The position numbers and the translations under genes were made by a program. Below the pieces are notes generated by a model that saw only the letters and a list, made by a program, of their open reading frames with translations, was not told the origin of the DNA and searched no databases. From NCBI GenBank assembly GCA_001179505.1, contig CDMY01000276.1:76425-140424 (forward strand): a DNA stretch of 64,000 nucleotides, written 5' to 3'. Of the stretch, positions 24,431 to 36,585 are shown in pieces (positions within the stretch are counted from its first letter, which is position 1; every line of letters begins with the position of its first letter). This stretch comes from Vitrella brassicaformis CCMP3155 (taxonomy: Eukaryota; Protista; Chromerida).

Positions 24431-25478
24431 CGTGCATCCCCGATGCAGTGTCGATGAAGGCTGCGCCGAGCCGGGGCGGCGAAACGCTCTTTATGGACTC
24501 GCGCAAGGCGTATGAGCGGACACGGCCGGAGCTGAAGCGCATCATCGACACAGCACGGGTATGCAATGCACTATGTAATGCATGGGGACACGCGCATACA
24601 GAGAGAGAGAGAGAGAGGAGCGGTTTCTCTCTGTATGTCAGTCAATCAAGCGTTTCTCTGTTGTCTGTCTGTCTGTCTGTGTGCGCGTTGCAGCTGGAGT
24701 ACTACCGAGTGGACTACGGCCTCGGCGCTGAAGTACATGACAGCGGCACACACCGAACGGACAATATGACTGAGACCCGCGCGAGGGCCCTGCAGTCGGA
24801 CTCACCCCTCGCCGACTCCTCTGTGGTGCAGCCACTCGTGACTCAGGTGGGTGTCCCGACAAGCACACACATCCTCCCTCCCTCGCGCACACACCAATTA
24901 ACACACACCAAAGCCTGCATTGCGTGTGTGTGGGTGTGTATGGGTGTGTGTGGGTCTCTCTGTGCACTCACAGGACCCCCGGACAGGCCGGCGGTCGATC
25001 TATTTGTCGCCGGGGTCGGCATACAGGTTTATTGGGCACACGCCTCAAGAGACCCATGACATCCTACGAGAGGTGGGTCGGTGGCTGGGCGGCTGGGCTG
25101 GGCGGGGCGGGGCACAACACTCACACACACACACACATACATACGACGTGGCGAGCTGAATGCCCATGTCTTGTTGCCTGCTTGCAGGTTTTGTCCCCCG
25201 CAATCTCCGCAGAGAACGTCTATGTGCATGTAAGTTAGTGTGCACACAACACCTGCCTGCCTCCCGTCAACTGTGATAATATGCGTGGTTCTCGTCTCGT
25301 CTCGTGTGTGTGTGCGTGTGTGCGCGTTAAGCAGCACTGGCGAGTGGGCGATTTCCTCCTGTGGCACCAGCGTCAAGTGCTGCACAGCTGGACGCCCAGG
25401 CACCGCTATGAGAGCCAAGAGAGACGATTAAACACCCTTTTTCTCGACGGACACCTGCCCGTCCACCCCGCCAGATAA
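23626..25478 (+). CDS. TauD/TfdA-family Fe(II)/2-oxoglutarate dioxygenase with N-terminal signal-like peptide, multi-exon
   Basis: LGLEVLGLDL, HSFLLFRGQNL, WHAD (HxD), GGETLFMDSRKAYE, VQPLV, TGRRSIYL, WRVGDFLLWHQRQVLH (distal His), ERRLNT (Arg). Confidence 0.9.
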
Positions 25479-25896
25479 TAAACAAACAGGCGGCTTGTTG
25501 AGTTCGTCCTTGAGTGAGGGCTTTGTGTGCGTCTGGGGGGGAGGTGTATGTATGTTTGTCTGTTCTGATTTGTGTTTGTTTGTGTATCTCGCTGGCTTAT
25601 TCTTCATCCATCCATCCATCGGCTTTGTACGTGTTTGTGGTGTGGCGATCCGACTCACTCTAGCTAGCAAATGCACCATCAAGGAGAAAGCGCACGGCAC
25701 AGTTTTGCCCGTTTTGATGTTAGCTGTGTCGCCCAACACACGCGTGTGTGCGTGTGTGTGGTTGGTGAGTGCGCTCAAAGAGCGAGCTGTCGGGGTGAGA
25801 AGCACACGCATGCCAGCCTTGCCGTTCGTCTCTCTCCCTCTCTGTCTCTGTCTCTGTGCGCGTGTGTGTGTGTGTGTTTGACATGTGCGTGTGCGA

Positions 25897-26808
25897 TGGC
25901 TGCACAAAAGGAGACCTCTTATAGCCGCCGAGTGGACCCATCGTCTGCGACGTTTGCTGAGCCGTTGGCGATGATGGTGATGCGTCGTTTCGGCGTTGGA
26001 ATCATCTTGGTGGTCGGCCTGGCCGCCACTGTGCAGCCGCTGCTGGCAGCCCAGCCGCAGCGCAACGATGGCCGACGTAAGCCACAGGGGGACACACACG
26101 CACCAAACCGACCATACACCATGGTCTCTTGTCCATTTGGATGGCTGATCTGTGGCTGCAGAGGTGTTGGTGGGCAAGGGGAGCAATGGTCCCGACGACT
26201 GCGAGGGGAAGGACTGCAATACCGATACATACGGTGGGCGGCCCTCTCCATCTGTGAGATCTATGGACGTGTGTGGCCGTTCGTTCGAGTTGTCCGTCCG
26301 CTGTGTGCAGGTGCGTCGTTTGCCGGCCGTGGTGAGGGAATCCAGGCCGCTAGGGACACCGCCATGGCCGCCAACAAACACGGTGCGTCCATCTGCACCT
26401 ATCTGTACACATGGCACCCTCTCTCTCTCTGTGCAGGTGCTGTGTTGGGTGCTGGTGAGTTGTCGGCATTGCAGCAGATCCAGATGGGCAAGGCCGTCCT
26501 GCAGTCGGCCAACAAACTCACCAGTGCCACCAACGATATGACGGCCTCAGCAATGACGACCATCCACAACGTAAAAGACCGCATCCGTGGCCTCACAGGT
26601 ACACACACACACACACACACACACGAAGGCAGCTGCTGTTGGAATGCACCATCGTGTGTCTGTCTTTCTTTGCCCGAATGAATGGACGGGTGGCTGCAGC
26701 TGACGGAGCCGCATACGATCAGCCTCGTGGTGCCGCCACCATCATTGACTCGCAACACGTACGCGTGACCAGACCCACTGCACAGCTTTCGTCGTGTCTT
26801 CATCTGCA

Positions 26809-26844
<36 letters not shown>

Positions 26845-27800
26845 TAGCCTGGCCGCAGCGGTGGGCGCTACACGTCGTACTCCCGTTCGAGCCGCACACA
26901 GGAGGATCTCGCCACGTCCACCAATACAGGTACATTACACACATACGTATGAAATGGATGTGTGGCGCCATGCACCGCATGTACATGTGTGAACGCAGCC
27001 GACCGGAAAATATGCAAGTTGGCGTTTGACGACCGTAAAATCGGTGTCGATGTTGATGCTGGCGAGGAATACTGGACGATGGACGGCTACACACGTACTC
27101 GCCAGCCGTGCGCCGAGGGCGAGATGTGTGTGGTCTACAGTGTTTCTTTCTTCGCCTATGACGAACCGATGGAAGGTTGGAGGAGCTATGATGATGATGA
27201 TGATGCACTCATCGATCCCACCACCGGCGAGGTGAGCGAGTGAGTGAGTGGGCGGGTGGGTGACAGTGCAGTATGTGCATATGTGTGTATCTGTATCTGT
27301 GCAGGGCATCTGTATGAGCTCATCTCTCACTGGTTCCTGCGCCAACGGCAAGGTGTACGAACTCCCCGGGGGAGGCCCCCCTAAACAGCGCTTAAGATTC
27401 TGCATCACTCCCACACCGGTCAGTACACCGACGATACATATGCACCGACCTACAGCAAAATTGATCCCTCTATCTGTCTCTCTGTCTGTCTGTCTCCCCG
27501 TCTCCCTATCCTGTGTCTGGCTGCGCGTCTGTGTGGGTTAATGGGGTCTGCAGAAAATTTCCGGTTCCATGTTAATGATTTCCGGTTCCACAGAGCCCCT
27601 TTCGCTCGAGGCCGAGGGGCCCCTGGCCATTAGCTACAAAAGTGGAGACACAAAGAGAATCGTCTACTTCCCAGGCAGCAAAGGTACGCATGTAATGTCG
27701 GCATCCCCACACCGTCCTGCCATCTATCACCAAACTAATGATCTGTGTTGTCTGTCTGTCTGTCTGTCCGTTTGTTAGAGTACAAGCTGCCTTCGAAGTG
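25897..27800 (+). CDS. hypothetical, probably secreted protein, multi-exon (boundaries uncertain)
   Basis: Hydrophobic leader RRFGVGIILVVGLAATVQPLLA. Coding-like exons between microsatellite introns (DDCEGKDCNTD, LQQIQMGKAVLQSANKL, CKLAFDDRKIGVDVDAGEEYW...CAEGEMC, SCANGKVYELP, LAISYKSGDTKRIVYFPG). No family recognised. Confidence 0.5.
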
Positions 27801-29652
27801 AGTGGGCACCACCCGTCAGGGATACCAACACATCCACCCAACCACCCACGGCCTCAGTCAGTCTCCTTTCTTTTCTTTTCATTTTGTAACAAGATTGAGA
27901 GGGGGGAGAGGGGCGAGGGAAAGGGGGACGAGCGGATTCTGTCCCCTTTTCAATGAATTCAGTGCACTCGTTCAACCGATACAACTTCGCTTCCATCGCT
28001 TGTAAATCGCTTCAATGTGGGTCAGTAATGGCGCCAAGCCCTTAACTGACCCTCCCTCCCTCTCACAAACAAACATAACTGAAACAAAAACAACAAAACA
28101 AAGAACGCTAGCTGTATACACGCATCGCATCGGTGGTGGGGGTGCTCGGCACTGCAGGCAATGCAGGCAGGCAGGCAGGCAGGTGTGTGTGCGGGAATTG
28201 AAGGCCTCGCCGCTGCAGATTCATCCATCGGCGTATAAGATGTCTCTCTCAAGTGAGCCAGTCGCTCCGCACCCGTGCTTACTTGAGAGGTTTGTGTGGT
28301 CCCGGCGTCTTGCTGGCTGCGTGTGTCTGTCTGTGGTATGTTCAGGACCCTACTCGACCGCATCGATAATCCCGATAGCCACACACACATTCTGAATGCT
28401 CATCGTGTTCGCTTGCCCGGTGTGAAGGCAGCCATGCACACCTGGACTGTCTGACACGGTGACACCCCCATGTCTCTTCTCTCTCTCGCTCTCTCTTGTG
28501 CCGTACCTGCCTCTCGATTGTACGGAAGCGGCCGAATGGCTGGCTGGCCACTCACTCAACTACCTACCTGCCAGACAGGGAGGGATGGGGGGCGTGGTGG
28601 CGTGTCTTGCGCCAAGCGACACACAAACTGATTGACCAGCTCCCCAGCACGATTTTTGCTTGCGCACAGAAAGAGAGCCTCTTGTCTTCTCTGCCCCCAT
28701 GCGATGCGATGCGTGTGCAAACCCCAGGTGGCTGTCTGTCTCTGCAGCGCACAGACACAGAAGAGAGAGATGCATTCATTGTGTCTCAGTCAGTCAGTTG
28801 GTGTCTCTCTCCCCACCCACCCACCTGCCTGCCTGCCTGCCTTGATTCTGTTTGATGCCGCTGAGGGAGGTGGAGGGACTTCAGTCAGCAATGAATAGAC
28901 TGCACTGAAGTGGACGATAGCACGTCACATACGATGACGTAGACAATATAAAACCAACAGAACACATGGCAGCAGAGTTTCTGGTGCCCTCATTCTGTTT
29001 CATTGTGTCTGCAGTTAACTAAGTTTCGCAGGCCATTTGAGCTCTTGGGACGGACGGACGGACGGACATCCACCCACACAGAGCAGAGGTGTGAGGTGTG
29101 AGGTGCAGGTACGTTAGGTGCCCGCCACCTGGCTGTGCAGCAAGTACTTACTGTCTCTGTGTGCCCGCACCGCATGCCACCCGTCCGTCGCCTGCAGTGC
29201 CTCGCACGCAAAGCAATTCACACTTGACTGACACCCACTCAGTCAGTCAGTCAGTCGGTCACTCAATGCCCACCCACACCACCCACCCCCACCTGTCCTG
29301 TCCTGTCCTGTCCTGTCCGTCCAGCAGCCAGCTACATTAGACAGACACACAGCCACACATACAGTACATTCACACACGCAGCCACCGAGTCCACTCACTC
29401 ACTCACTCACTCACATCAGACCACACCGTCCATCGATCGGATCGGCTGCCAAAAAGGACAGCACTGATCTAATCCATCGTCAATCTCACTCACCAGATAG
29501 ATCAGCCAGCCACGCAGGCAGGCAGGCCAAAACGTCAATCCCCTTACTTTGTGTGTGCGCCACCCACTCCCTTACCCACCGCATGCACATACAGCGCAGC
29601 GCACCCACTCGCGCGTCAATCAGACAGACCCCTTCCTTCTCTCTGTATCTAT

Positions 29653-30636
29653 CTACTTGACCCGGTACACACACAAGTACATCTGTGTCTCTGTGCCATA
29701 GGCAGGGTTGCCCGGCAGGTAGGGCTTCGGAGCGTCCTTCTTGACGACCGGCCCCTCGACCTCCTCCCACACTCCCGCATCCATCAGGCCCTTCATTGCG
29801 GCGCCCCACTTCTCGTACGTGTCGGTGCGGTGCGTCAGAATTACCAGCCCCCCCGGCGCACACACGCGGCAAAACTCCGATAAAGTGCCCTGCTTGATCG
29901 GTGGAACACACACACACAGCGAGGGATCAGAAATGTGTTTGTTGATCTATCCATCGTGTCAGTCAGGCCTGCCTGCCTCCCTCCCTGCCTGCCGGCGCAC
30001 ATCACATCTCCGTAGGTACCTTTGAGGGGTCGACGTATGTGAGTACGCCCAGGCAAGTGACGACATTGAATGCGTTATCGTCGAAGGGCAGCCTGTCCTG
30101 CAGGTCCTGCCGCAGCACCTGGCCGTAGAAATCCTTGGCCCTCGCGTGGACCAGCATGTCGTCCATCAGATCGGTGCCCACAGAGTTGCTCCCACTGATG
30201 CCCACAGCACTCATCTGCATGTGCACAACACAGTCAGATAACGATCCTGTCCGGTTTCTGTGAGCTGTACTGCGTCGATACCGACCGGTGCGACGGATTT
30301 GCCGGTGCCACATCCGGCGTCCAGCCTGCAATCAGTTTCCAGCACACACACATACACTCACAAGCCATGCCTCGCGACAGGCCTCCGCTACCACTTGACG
30401 GTGTCCATTCGCACGTCGGCGGGGAGGTACTTCTCGCAGGCGGCGGCGGCCAGTGCAGGCGCCTGGTAGCCGAAGCTCTCGATTGTTTTCTCATAGTTGT
30501 CGCTGTTCATATCGCCGCCGTCCTTCGTATAGGAAGATAGACCTATCCTGAACACATGAAGCAGCAGGCATCTTGATGTTCTCCTGTCAGCTTACCATGG
30601 GCCTTCTCCCTGGTTGGGTTCATTCGCAGTCGCCAT
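29653..30636 (-). CDS. class I SAM-dependent methyltransferase, METTL27/WBSCR27-like, multi-exon
   Basis: YEKTIESFGYQAP, LDAGCGTG (motif I), GTDLMDDML, DLQDRLPFDDNAFNVVTCLGVLTYV, EFCRVCAPGGLVILTHR. TAG 29653-29655. Confidence 0.85.
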
Positions 30637-30963
30637 TCTGGCCGAGTCGGCAGCACTGGAAAGTGATCTGTTCGGTTCTACGCCACTTTCGGATCTACGA
30701 CTGGAGGACACTGTGAGAGTGTTCAAGCCACGCAAATCTCTCCTCTCCCCAGACGTGTGTTCCCAACCTCGCACGAACCGCAACAACTGCGTCGTCACAA
30801 CTGGCAGGCGGACATCCCTAAAACCGCTGCCGCAACTGGATGTCACGGGGAATTGACTATTCGAAGTGGGATACTCTGGACGACAGCGATGATGATGAGG
30901 CGGAGAACACTCGTCCACCCCGCCACGAGCAGCACTCATCGTGTGCTGCGGCACCTTCCTGCA

Positions 30964-33193
30964 ATGACCCAGCCAACACAACGGTAGCCGCCGAGAAAGG
31001 ATAGCCAGCCGACATGGGACTGATTCTCATTCATCTTGCTGTGTAGATTTCGCCATGCAGGCAGGGCTGCCGAGCGTCGCGGCCGGAGGTAGCTCAGCTG
31101 GACTTGCACTCATCGTCGAGGTGTGCGGTATGCGGACGGTCGCCTGACGACAGTCGTCATCAGTTCCCGAGATGCAACAAGTAGGACGCACATCGAGGGA
31201 TGAATTCATGATGACAGTCAATGCATCGGCTCGATGATAATGTTTTTCTTTTCAGGTGTAAGCTATTGCATTACTGCACCCGGGGTAAGCACCTGCACAC
31301 AGAGAAGAAGATTTGATTCTTCTAATACTGTCTGTGGTGTCATAAGAGTGCCAGGTCAAAGATTGGAAGGGCGTGCACAAAGAGGAGTGCGAGATGGCCA
31401 AGGAGAAGCTGGACGCTGATCGCATGTACGCGCCGAGCAGCATCCAGTACATGCACGGATGGATGAGCTCTGATGGTAAGCGGTGCGGCATGCATCTAGA
31501 TGGCATGAGAAGAGAATGATTGCTATCGTATCGTGTGTACTTTCAGAGTATTTCGCGTGGCAGCGCAGAAGGGAGGAGGCGCTGTTCAAGGACATCAAGG
31601 CACTGCACGCTAGCGGCCAGCTCGACTATATAACACTCAACGTCAAACGAATGACCGAGACCCACGTGGCGATCGGCATGTGGTACCGCACCACAGGCAA
31701 GTACACTGCCACCCCGCCGATCAACGAAGGCACAAGAATCCGCAAGCTGGGCACGGCCGATGTGCACAACATGGCCATCTGGAGGCTTTGTCTATTCTCC
31801 AAGATGCCCGGGCTTCGAGAGGTGCCAGGACAGGTTAACGTCACACCTGTGGACCTGATCATGCTGGAAGGCGTGGAGCAGCTTGTGAACAGTGCCATTG
31901 AGGTGAGCTATGCATGATGTGAATGTCATGAGACTGGGAAAGCGAAATTCAGGCATTGCTTGCTTTCGTAGGACATTGTCATGGCGACTGATGGCAAACG
32001 GGCGCCTTACTTTATCATTGACACGGATGTCAACCTTGAGGCGTTATTCTGGCGGAAAATCACGACCAAGACAGTGGATGTCACTCGCGGTGAGGGAATG
32101 GGTGAGGGAGAGCGAGATGGATGTGGTTTGACTTGCGTCTGCATGCTATGTTGGCACTTTCTACCGCTGCAGATAGACAGTTCCATTGGTTCTACCTCCC
32201 GTCCATCGCCGAGACCTGCCAAAGTGCCATCTTTCGAGCAGCCAAGCAACTATTCGGCCCGGCAGCGATGCTGCAGGTGAAGTTTGCAAGCAATCCTGCC
32301 GCGCTGAATCACAAATTCGTCACAACAGCTCCTCAACAGTTGCTCTTTCGGAAGGTAGGAGGAGGGAAGGACGGAAGGCTAGAGGGAAGACAGAAAGAAG
32401 TTGAAGCAATTGCCTTGTGAATGCGTTTTCCCTTGACTATCTGTGTGTGACTGTATGTGTACTTATTCGGAAGAGCTGGGAGAAGAACATCGAGTTCTTT
32501 GCGCAAACTCTCGAGCTGGACAAGGCCCTTCAGCCGTTCTATGAGACGAGAGCGAAAGAGGTACTCACTCACGCCCTCTGAGGACGTATATGATGTACAT
32601 GTGTGAGCCTTTGGTTGTTCTTGTGGTGGTAGCGTGGAGTCTCTGTCAAAGACGTTGAGGCCGAGTTGATGGCTGTCGCGCTGACATTCTCTGATGTCTT
32701 CAGGTACGATATCGTCACTATCTCTAGTGCTGTCTCTTCACTGTTGTGTTTTCGGATGGAAGGATGCATTTGATTGACTATCTGGACGGCTGCAAGGACA
32801 AGACATTGTGGCGTAAGTCTCTGGCCGAGCACTGTCAGATGACTGATCAGCAATTCAGCCGTGTGGCTGCTGAACTTGCCGAGTTGAAGCCATCTTATCC
32901 AAACGACATCAAGAATGCCATGTCGATGCAGCGGTCGCAGATAGATCGAGACATGGATGACGTTATGGGCAAGAAGGTGAGGGTTGTGTTTTGGATGCGC
33001 TTGCACTCACCGCTTGTGTGCGTGTCCGTGTGTGCGTGTGTGGATGCAGGTGAAGCTGAAATGTGGTCATTCTGTGCGCCAGTTGGAAGGCATGCTTCGA
33101 CAGAATGGCATGTTAACTGATCCGACAAAGGCACAGCAGTCGATGGTTGACTTGCTTCGCAAACTGATCTCAGGCGAAGTGAAACTAGAATAG
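30964..33193 (+). CDS. MYND-type zinc finger protein with uncharacterised C-terminal region, short-intron multi-exon gene (start uncertain)
   Basis: Spliced RCAVCGRSPDDSRHQFPRCNKCKLLHYCTRECQVKDWKGVHKEEC equals the MYND consensus. Downstream coding exons run to ...LISGEVKLE*. Confidence 0.82.
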
Positions 33194-33343
33194 AATAGAG
33201 GTGTAGTTCTTGAACACAAAGGGGGTAGGGCAAGAGATTCGTCCGTCCATCCCTCCGTCCTTCGTCCGTCATACGAGGAGGCCTTTGTGCGAAGGATTCG
33301 GACAAAGGAGGAGAGAGCTTCATAGCAAAACCGCAAAACATGC

Positions 33344-34893
33344 ATGACCGATGGACGCACGCGCACATGCATTCTTGCCCGGCGGCCTCAAGACGACGTC
33401 CATTCGGCGAGTCGTGTGGCCGAAGATGCTCGGCCTCCATACGTCAGGACTCGACGATGGAAGCTGGCTGTCTGTGGCAGAGGAACCACTGAAAGATGGA
33501 CGCCAAGTGGAAGTACGCACCTGAAATCACACACATCACACACACAATCCTGATGCTCGGGTCCTTCCTTTCATTCAGCTCGATGTGGTGCGCTCGGTGG
33601 CCTACTGGGACATTCACCGGAGGCTGTCAGCTGCCGAAAGGGGAGAGAAGAGGGCTCTTTTATCTTGTGTGCTCAGGGCGATTCTGCACCGTCATTCATC
33701 GCGCTTGCGGTACTGCCAGGTGAGCGGAGAAGGACAGCCAGAAGGCGCCACGCAGACAAGCACGAAGAGGGGGATAGCCTGTGCCTGTGCCTGCTGTTCT
33801 CACACAGGGGTTCCATGACGTGTGTTCCGTCTTCTGTGAGGTGTTTGGCTTCCCAGCAGCCTTCCACGTGGCAGAGAGGTTCACTCTGTATTATGTGGCT
33901 GACTGCCTCGGCGCACCATTTGTCGACGCTGTGATGCCGCTGCTGCGCCTCGTTGGCACTGTTGTCGACCAAGCGGACAGAGAGGTGGGGGAGATCTTCC
34001 GGCGAACCAAGATGGAGATGCAGTTTTGTGTCCCCTGGCTGATCACGCACTTCTGCCACGTCCTCCCGAGCTTCTGGCAAGTCGCCCGTCTGTTTGACTG
34101 CTTCCTTGCCGCTCCCCCCTGCTTTGTCCTCTACCTGTCGGCTGCTATCGTCCTCTCCCAGAAGGAGCGCCTGCAGAAGGTCATTCACCACAGCCACGGT
34201 GACGCTGAGGGAGAGTCGGGGTGCTACTTCGCCGAGATCCATTTTCTCTTCCAGTCCATCGATTGGGGGAGGCTGCCGCTCGAGAGAATTATCAAGAAGG
34301 CGAGGTATCTCATGGAGCATGTGGTGATCCCGGACCGGCTGATACGAGTGGCCGAGAGGCGTGGGATCTTGCTGCCCCCCTTCTCCCCCATTTACCACTC
34401 CCGGCTCCCTTGGTTTGTCACTCGGCACCCAGTTATCGTCACCCTGCCGATGCCAAGTCTGTCTGCGTCCCCCGCAGAGTCGGCAGCTGATGATGATGAC
34501 GATGCGTGTCACTGTCTTAGCAAGGAGACTTCGGCGATTGTATCAAGGTGGCGGAGAAGAGCTGACACGAGCCGTCACCGTTTCCGACCGTTACTCGCCT
34601 CGACTGACGTCCGCGGCTTGTCGGCCTCGCGCCCTCCCCCCTCATCTCTTCGCTCGTGTTGCCCTCCCGTCTATCGGCACCCAAGCATGTGGGACACTCA
34701 GGGTCGCCCCGCCACGGCTGTCAAGCGAGGCCATGTGTGGGGATGGATTCGGCTGGCGACGTCACTCGGCACGCTGAGGGGCATCAGAGGGATGATCAAG
34801 GGGATCTGGTCCTCTCCATCAATGCGGCGGGCAGCGGCCGTGTTCCTGTTCCCCGTGCTGGTGGCGGCCTTTGTCAGGCTTTTCGTGAGATGA
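33344..34893 (+). CDS. TBC1D20: TBC-domain Rab GAP, TBC1D20/Gyp8-like, with C-terminal TM anchor (start uncertain)
   Basis: LDVVRS (Arg finger), RYCQGFHDV (Gln finger), QFCVPWLITHFCHVL, VARLFDCFLAAPP, YLSAAIVL, LERIIKKARYL. Terminal AAAVFLFPVLVAAFVRLF. Confidence 0.85.
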
Positions 34894-35258
34894 ATGTGTC
34901 GACTCTCTATCTTTCGTCTCGTTGAATGTAACGTAGTTGTGGCATTTGAGGTTGTATCGACGCTTGAGACCATAGAGATGCACACACACACACGTGAATC
35001 ATACAGAGTCAGAACAAGTACAGCGGGCGGACCAACATGCCTGAACCTCATGCGGCGAGCACTGGTCAACAAATGTGCTCGAGCTACACAAATAACGTCG
35101 ACAGAAGCGCCACACATGTATACATCGGCTCACAAACAGTTGCCGGCATTCACGTCTCCATATGCACACTCCGATTTAACAGCGAAAGGACAGCTTCTCT
35201 CACTACACATGCGCGAACATTGTCGCACACTTGCTCCGGACGGGCGGCGCGCATCAGA

Positions 35259-36095
35259 TCAGCCGACGGTCCTGAGTGACTCCTCTTCGATTCGCGCCTT
35301 TCTTGCCGCCCTCTCCTCAGCCGTCATCTTCTTGTTCTTCTTCTTGCCGGACTTCTGGTCACCTTTGCTGCCGGGTGTGGCATCGCCTCGCTGTGCTTGG
35401 CTGTCTGCCTCCTCGCTGCTGGTGTCCTCGCTGTCTGTGCTGTCGTCTGTGCTGTCGTCTGTGTCGTCTGTGTTGTCTTGGTCTTTGTCGTTGAAGCGAG
35501 GGCCCCTGACGAACTCCTGGCATTCTGGTGCCTCGGGTCCGCCCGTCTCGGCCTCGCGGGCATAGTCAGACGGCAGGTCGATGGGCTGGAAGCCGTCCTT
35601 GATGGAGCCCTTGATGGCCTTCCCACTGTAGCCGTTGGGGTACATATGACCTGAGCCAAGCAACCCACACACAACAGCGACAGGATTGACGCAGACAGAA
35701 CCAAACGTATGTACGCACGCACCTCTGACGATGACGGTCGTGTCGTCGTAGACGCCGTCGACGGGCAGCAGTGTCTCTCGCCAGATGGGGAACTTGGTGT
35801 GTGGGTGTGTCATGTGGCGCTTGAAGAGCAGCCGCCCCTCCTCGTCCAGCAGCTCGTACCAGTTCATGTACTGGGTGCAGTCCTTGTCGGTGCTCGTGTA
35901 CCGCACCTTCAGCACGTAACCACCCGAAGTCCCGTTCTTGATACCCAGGTCCAAGATGTCGGCGTGGGGCGGGCCTTTGTGCTTGCCCTTCTTCTTTCTC
36001 AGCACGTTGGCCACATCGTTGGAGGCGCACTCGGCCTGCTGCACCAACAGGAAAGCGCCAAGGCAAACAGCGGCGAAGAGCTGGGAGCGGGCCAT
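35259..36095 (-). CDS. secreted protein resembling an uncharacterised bacterial family; one 72-nt intron (35651-35722); acidic/basic low-complexity tail
   Basis: Signal peptide MARSQLFAAVCLGAFLLVQQAEC. Core DKDCTQYMNWYELLDEEGRLLFKRHMTHPH...VIVRG|HMYPNGYSGKAIKGSIKDGF. GT at 35722 and AG at 35651 remove an in-frame 24-codon insert. Confidence 0.8.
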   Translation of the reverse strand: MARSQLFAAVCLGAFLLVQQAECASNDVANVLRKKKGKHKGPPHADILDLGIKNGTSGGYVLKVRYTSTDKDCTQYMNWYELLDEEGRLLFKRHMTHPHTKFPIWRETLLPVDGVYDDTTVIVRGACVHTFGSVCVNPVAVVCGLLGSGHMYPNGYSGKAIKGSIKDGFQPIDLPSDYAREAETGGPEAPECQEFVRGPRFNDKDQDNTDDTDDSTDDSTDSEDTSSEEADSQAQRGDATPGSKGDQKSGKKKNKKMTAEERAARKARIEEESLRTVG

Positions 36096-36585
36096 CTGAT
36101 GTTCTCCTGTTAGAAGGTTAGAAGTGCTTCAACTGGAGAGAGAGTGCTGCAACGGCTCAACGGTCAGAACGGCGGAGAAACAGGTGGGGGAGGCCAGAGA
36201 GCTCAGAAAGATCAGATCCGATCACTGACAGCCTCTGTCCTATTGTTTCTGTCCATTTGGCTTTTCTCTTCGGCCCCGCCCGCAAACCTTCCCTCGCCAT
36301 CGCCTGTCGGGCCATGTGGGAAACTCGGCATGATGTGGGTTTGGATGGGCGGCACTCGCCCCACATCCATGAGCAGCGGAGCAACCAACCGCGTTCGCGA
36401 CGCAGTCGGGGGATGGTCCATGGGTGGGTGACGGAGGAGAAAGGAAGCTCAAAGGACCAATCTGCCATGCAGAGGCAAGCAAAGCTGCAGGCACACCGAT
36501 TGTGCGCCACTGAGTCTCGCCGAAGGGCCTTCAATCGCTTGCAACCTGCTCCTTTGCTTCTTTGTCATGCAGCTTCGGTTGTTTC

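Noticed and set aside
28000-29600. 1.6-kb region with ORFs of 60-140 aa
   Set aside because: It is repeat-rich convergent intergenic/3' UTR sequence with no consistent exon chain.
30569-30590. Motif CTrACAGGAGAACATCA(A)GATG shared with 36093-36113; there AGGAG precedes the ATG of the bacterial-like gene like a Shine-Dalgarno site
   Set aside because: The exact core is only 14 nt, and several such matches are expected by chance in 64 kb. The 30.6-kb copy is intronic with an out-of-frame ATG, and an SD relic in front of a eukaryotic-type signal peptide is unlikely.
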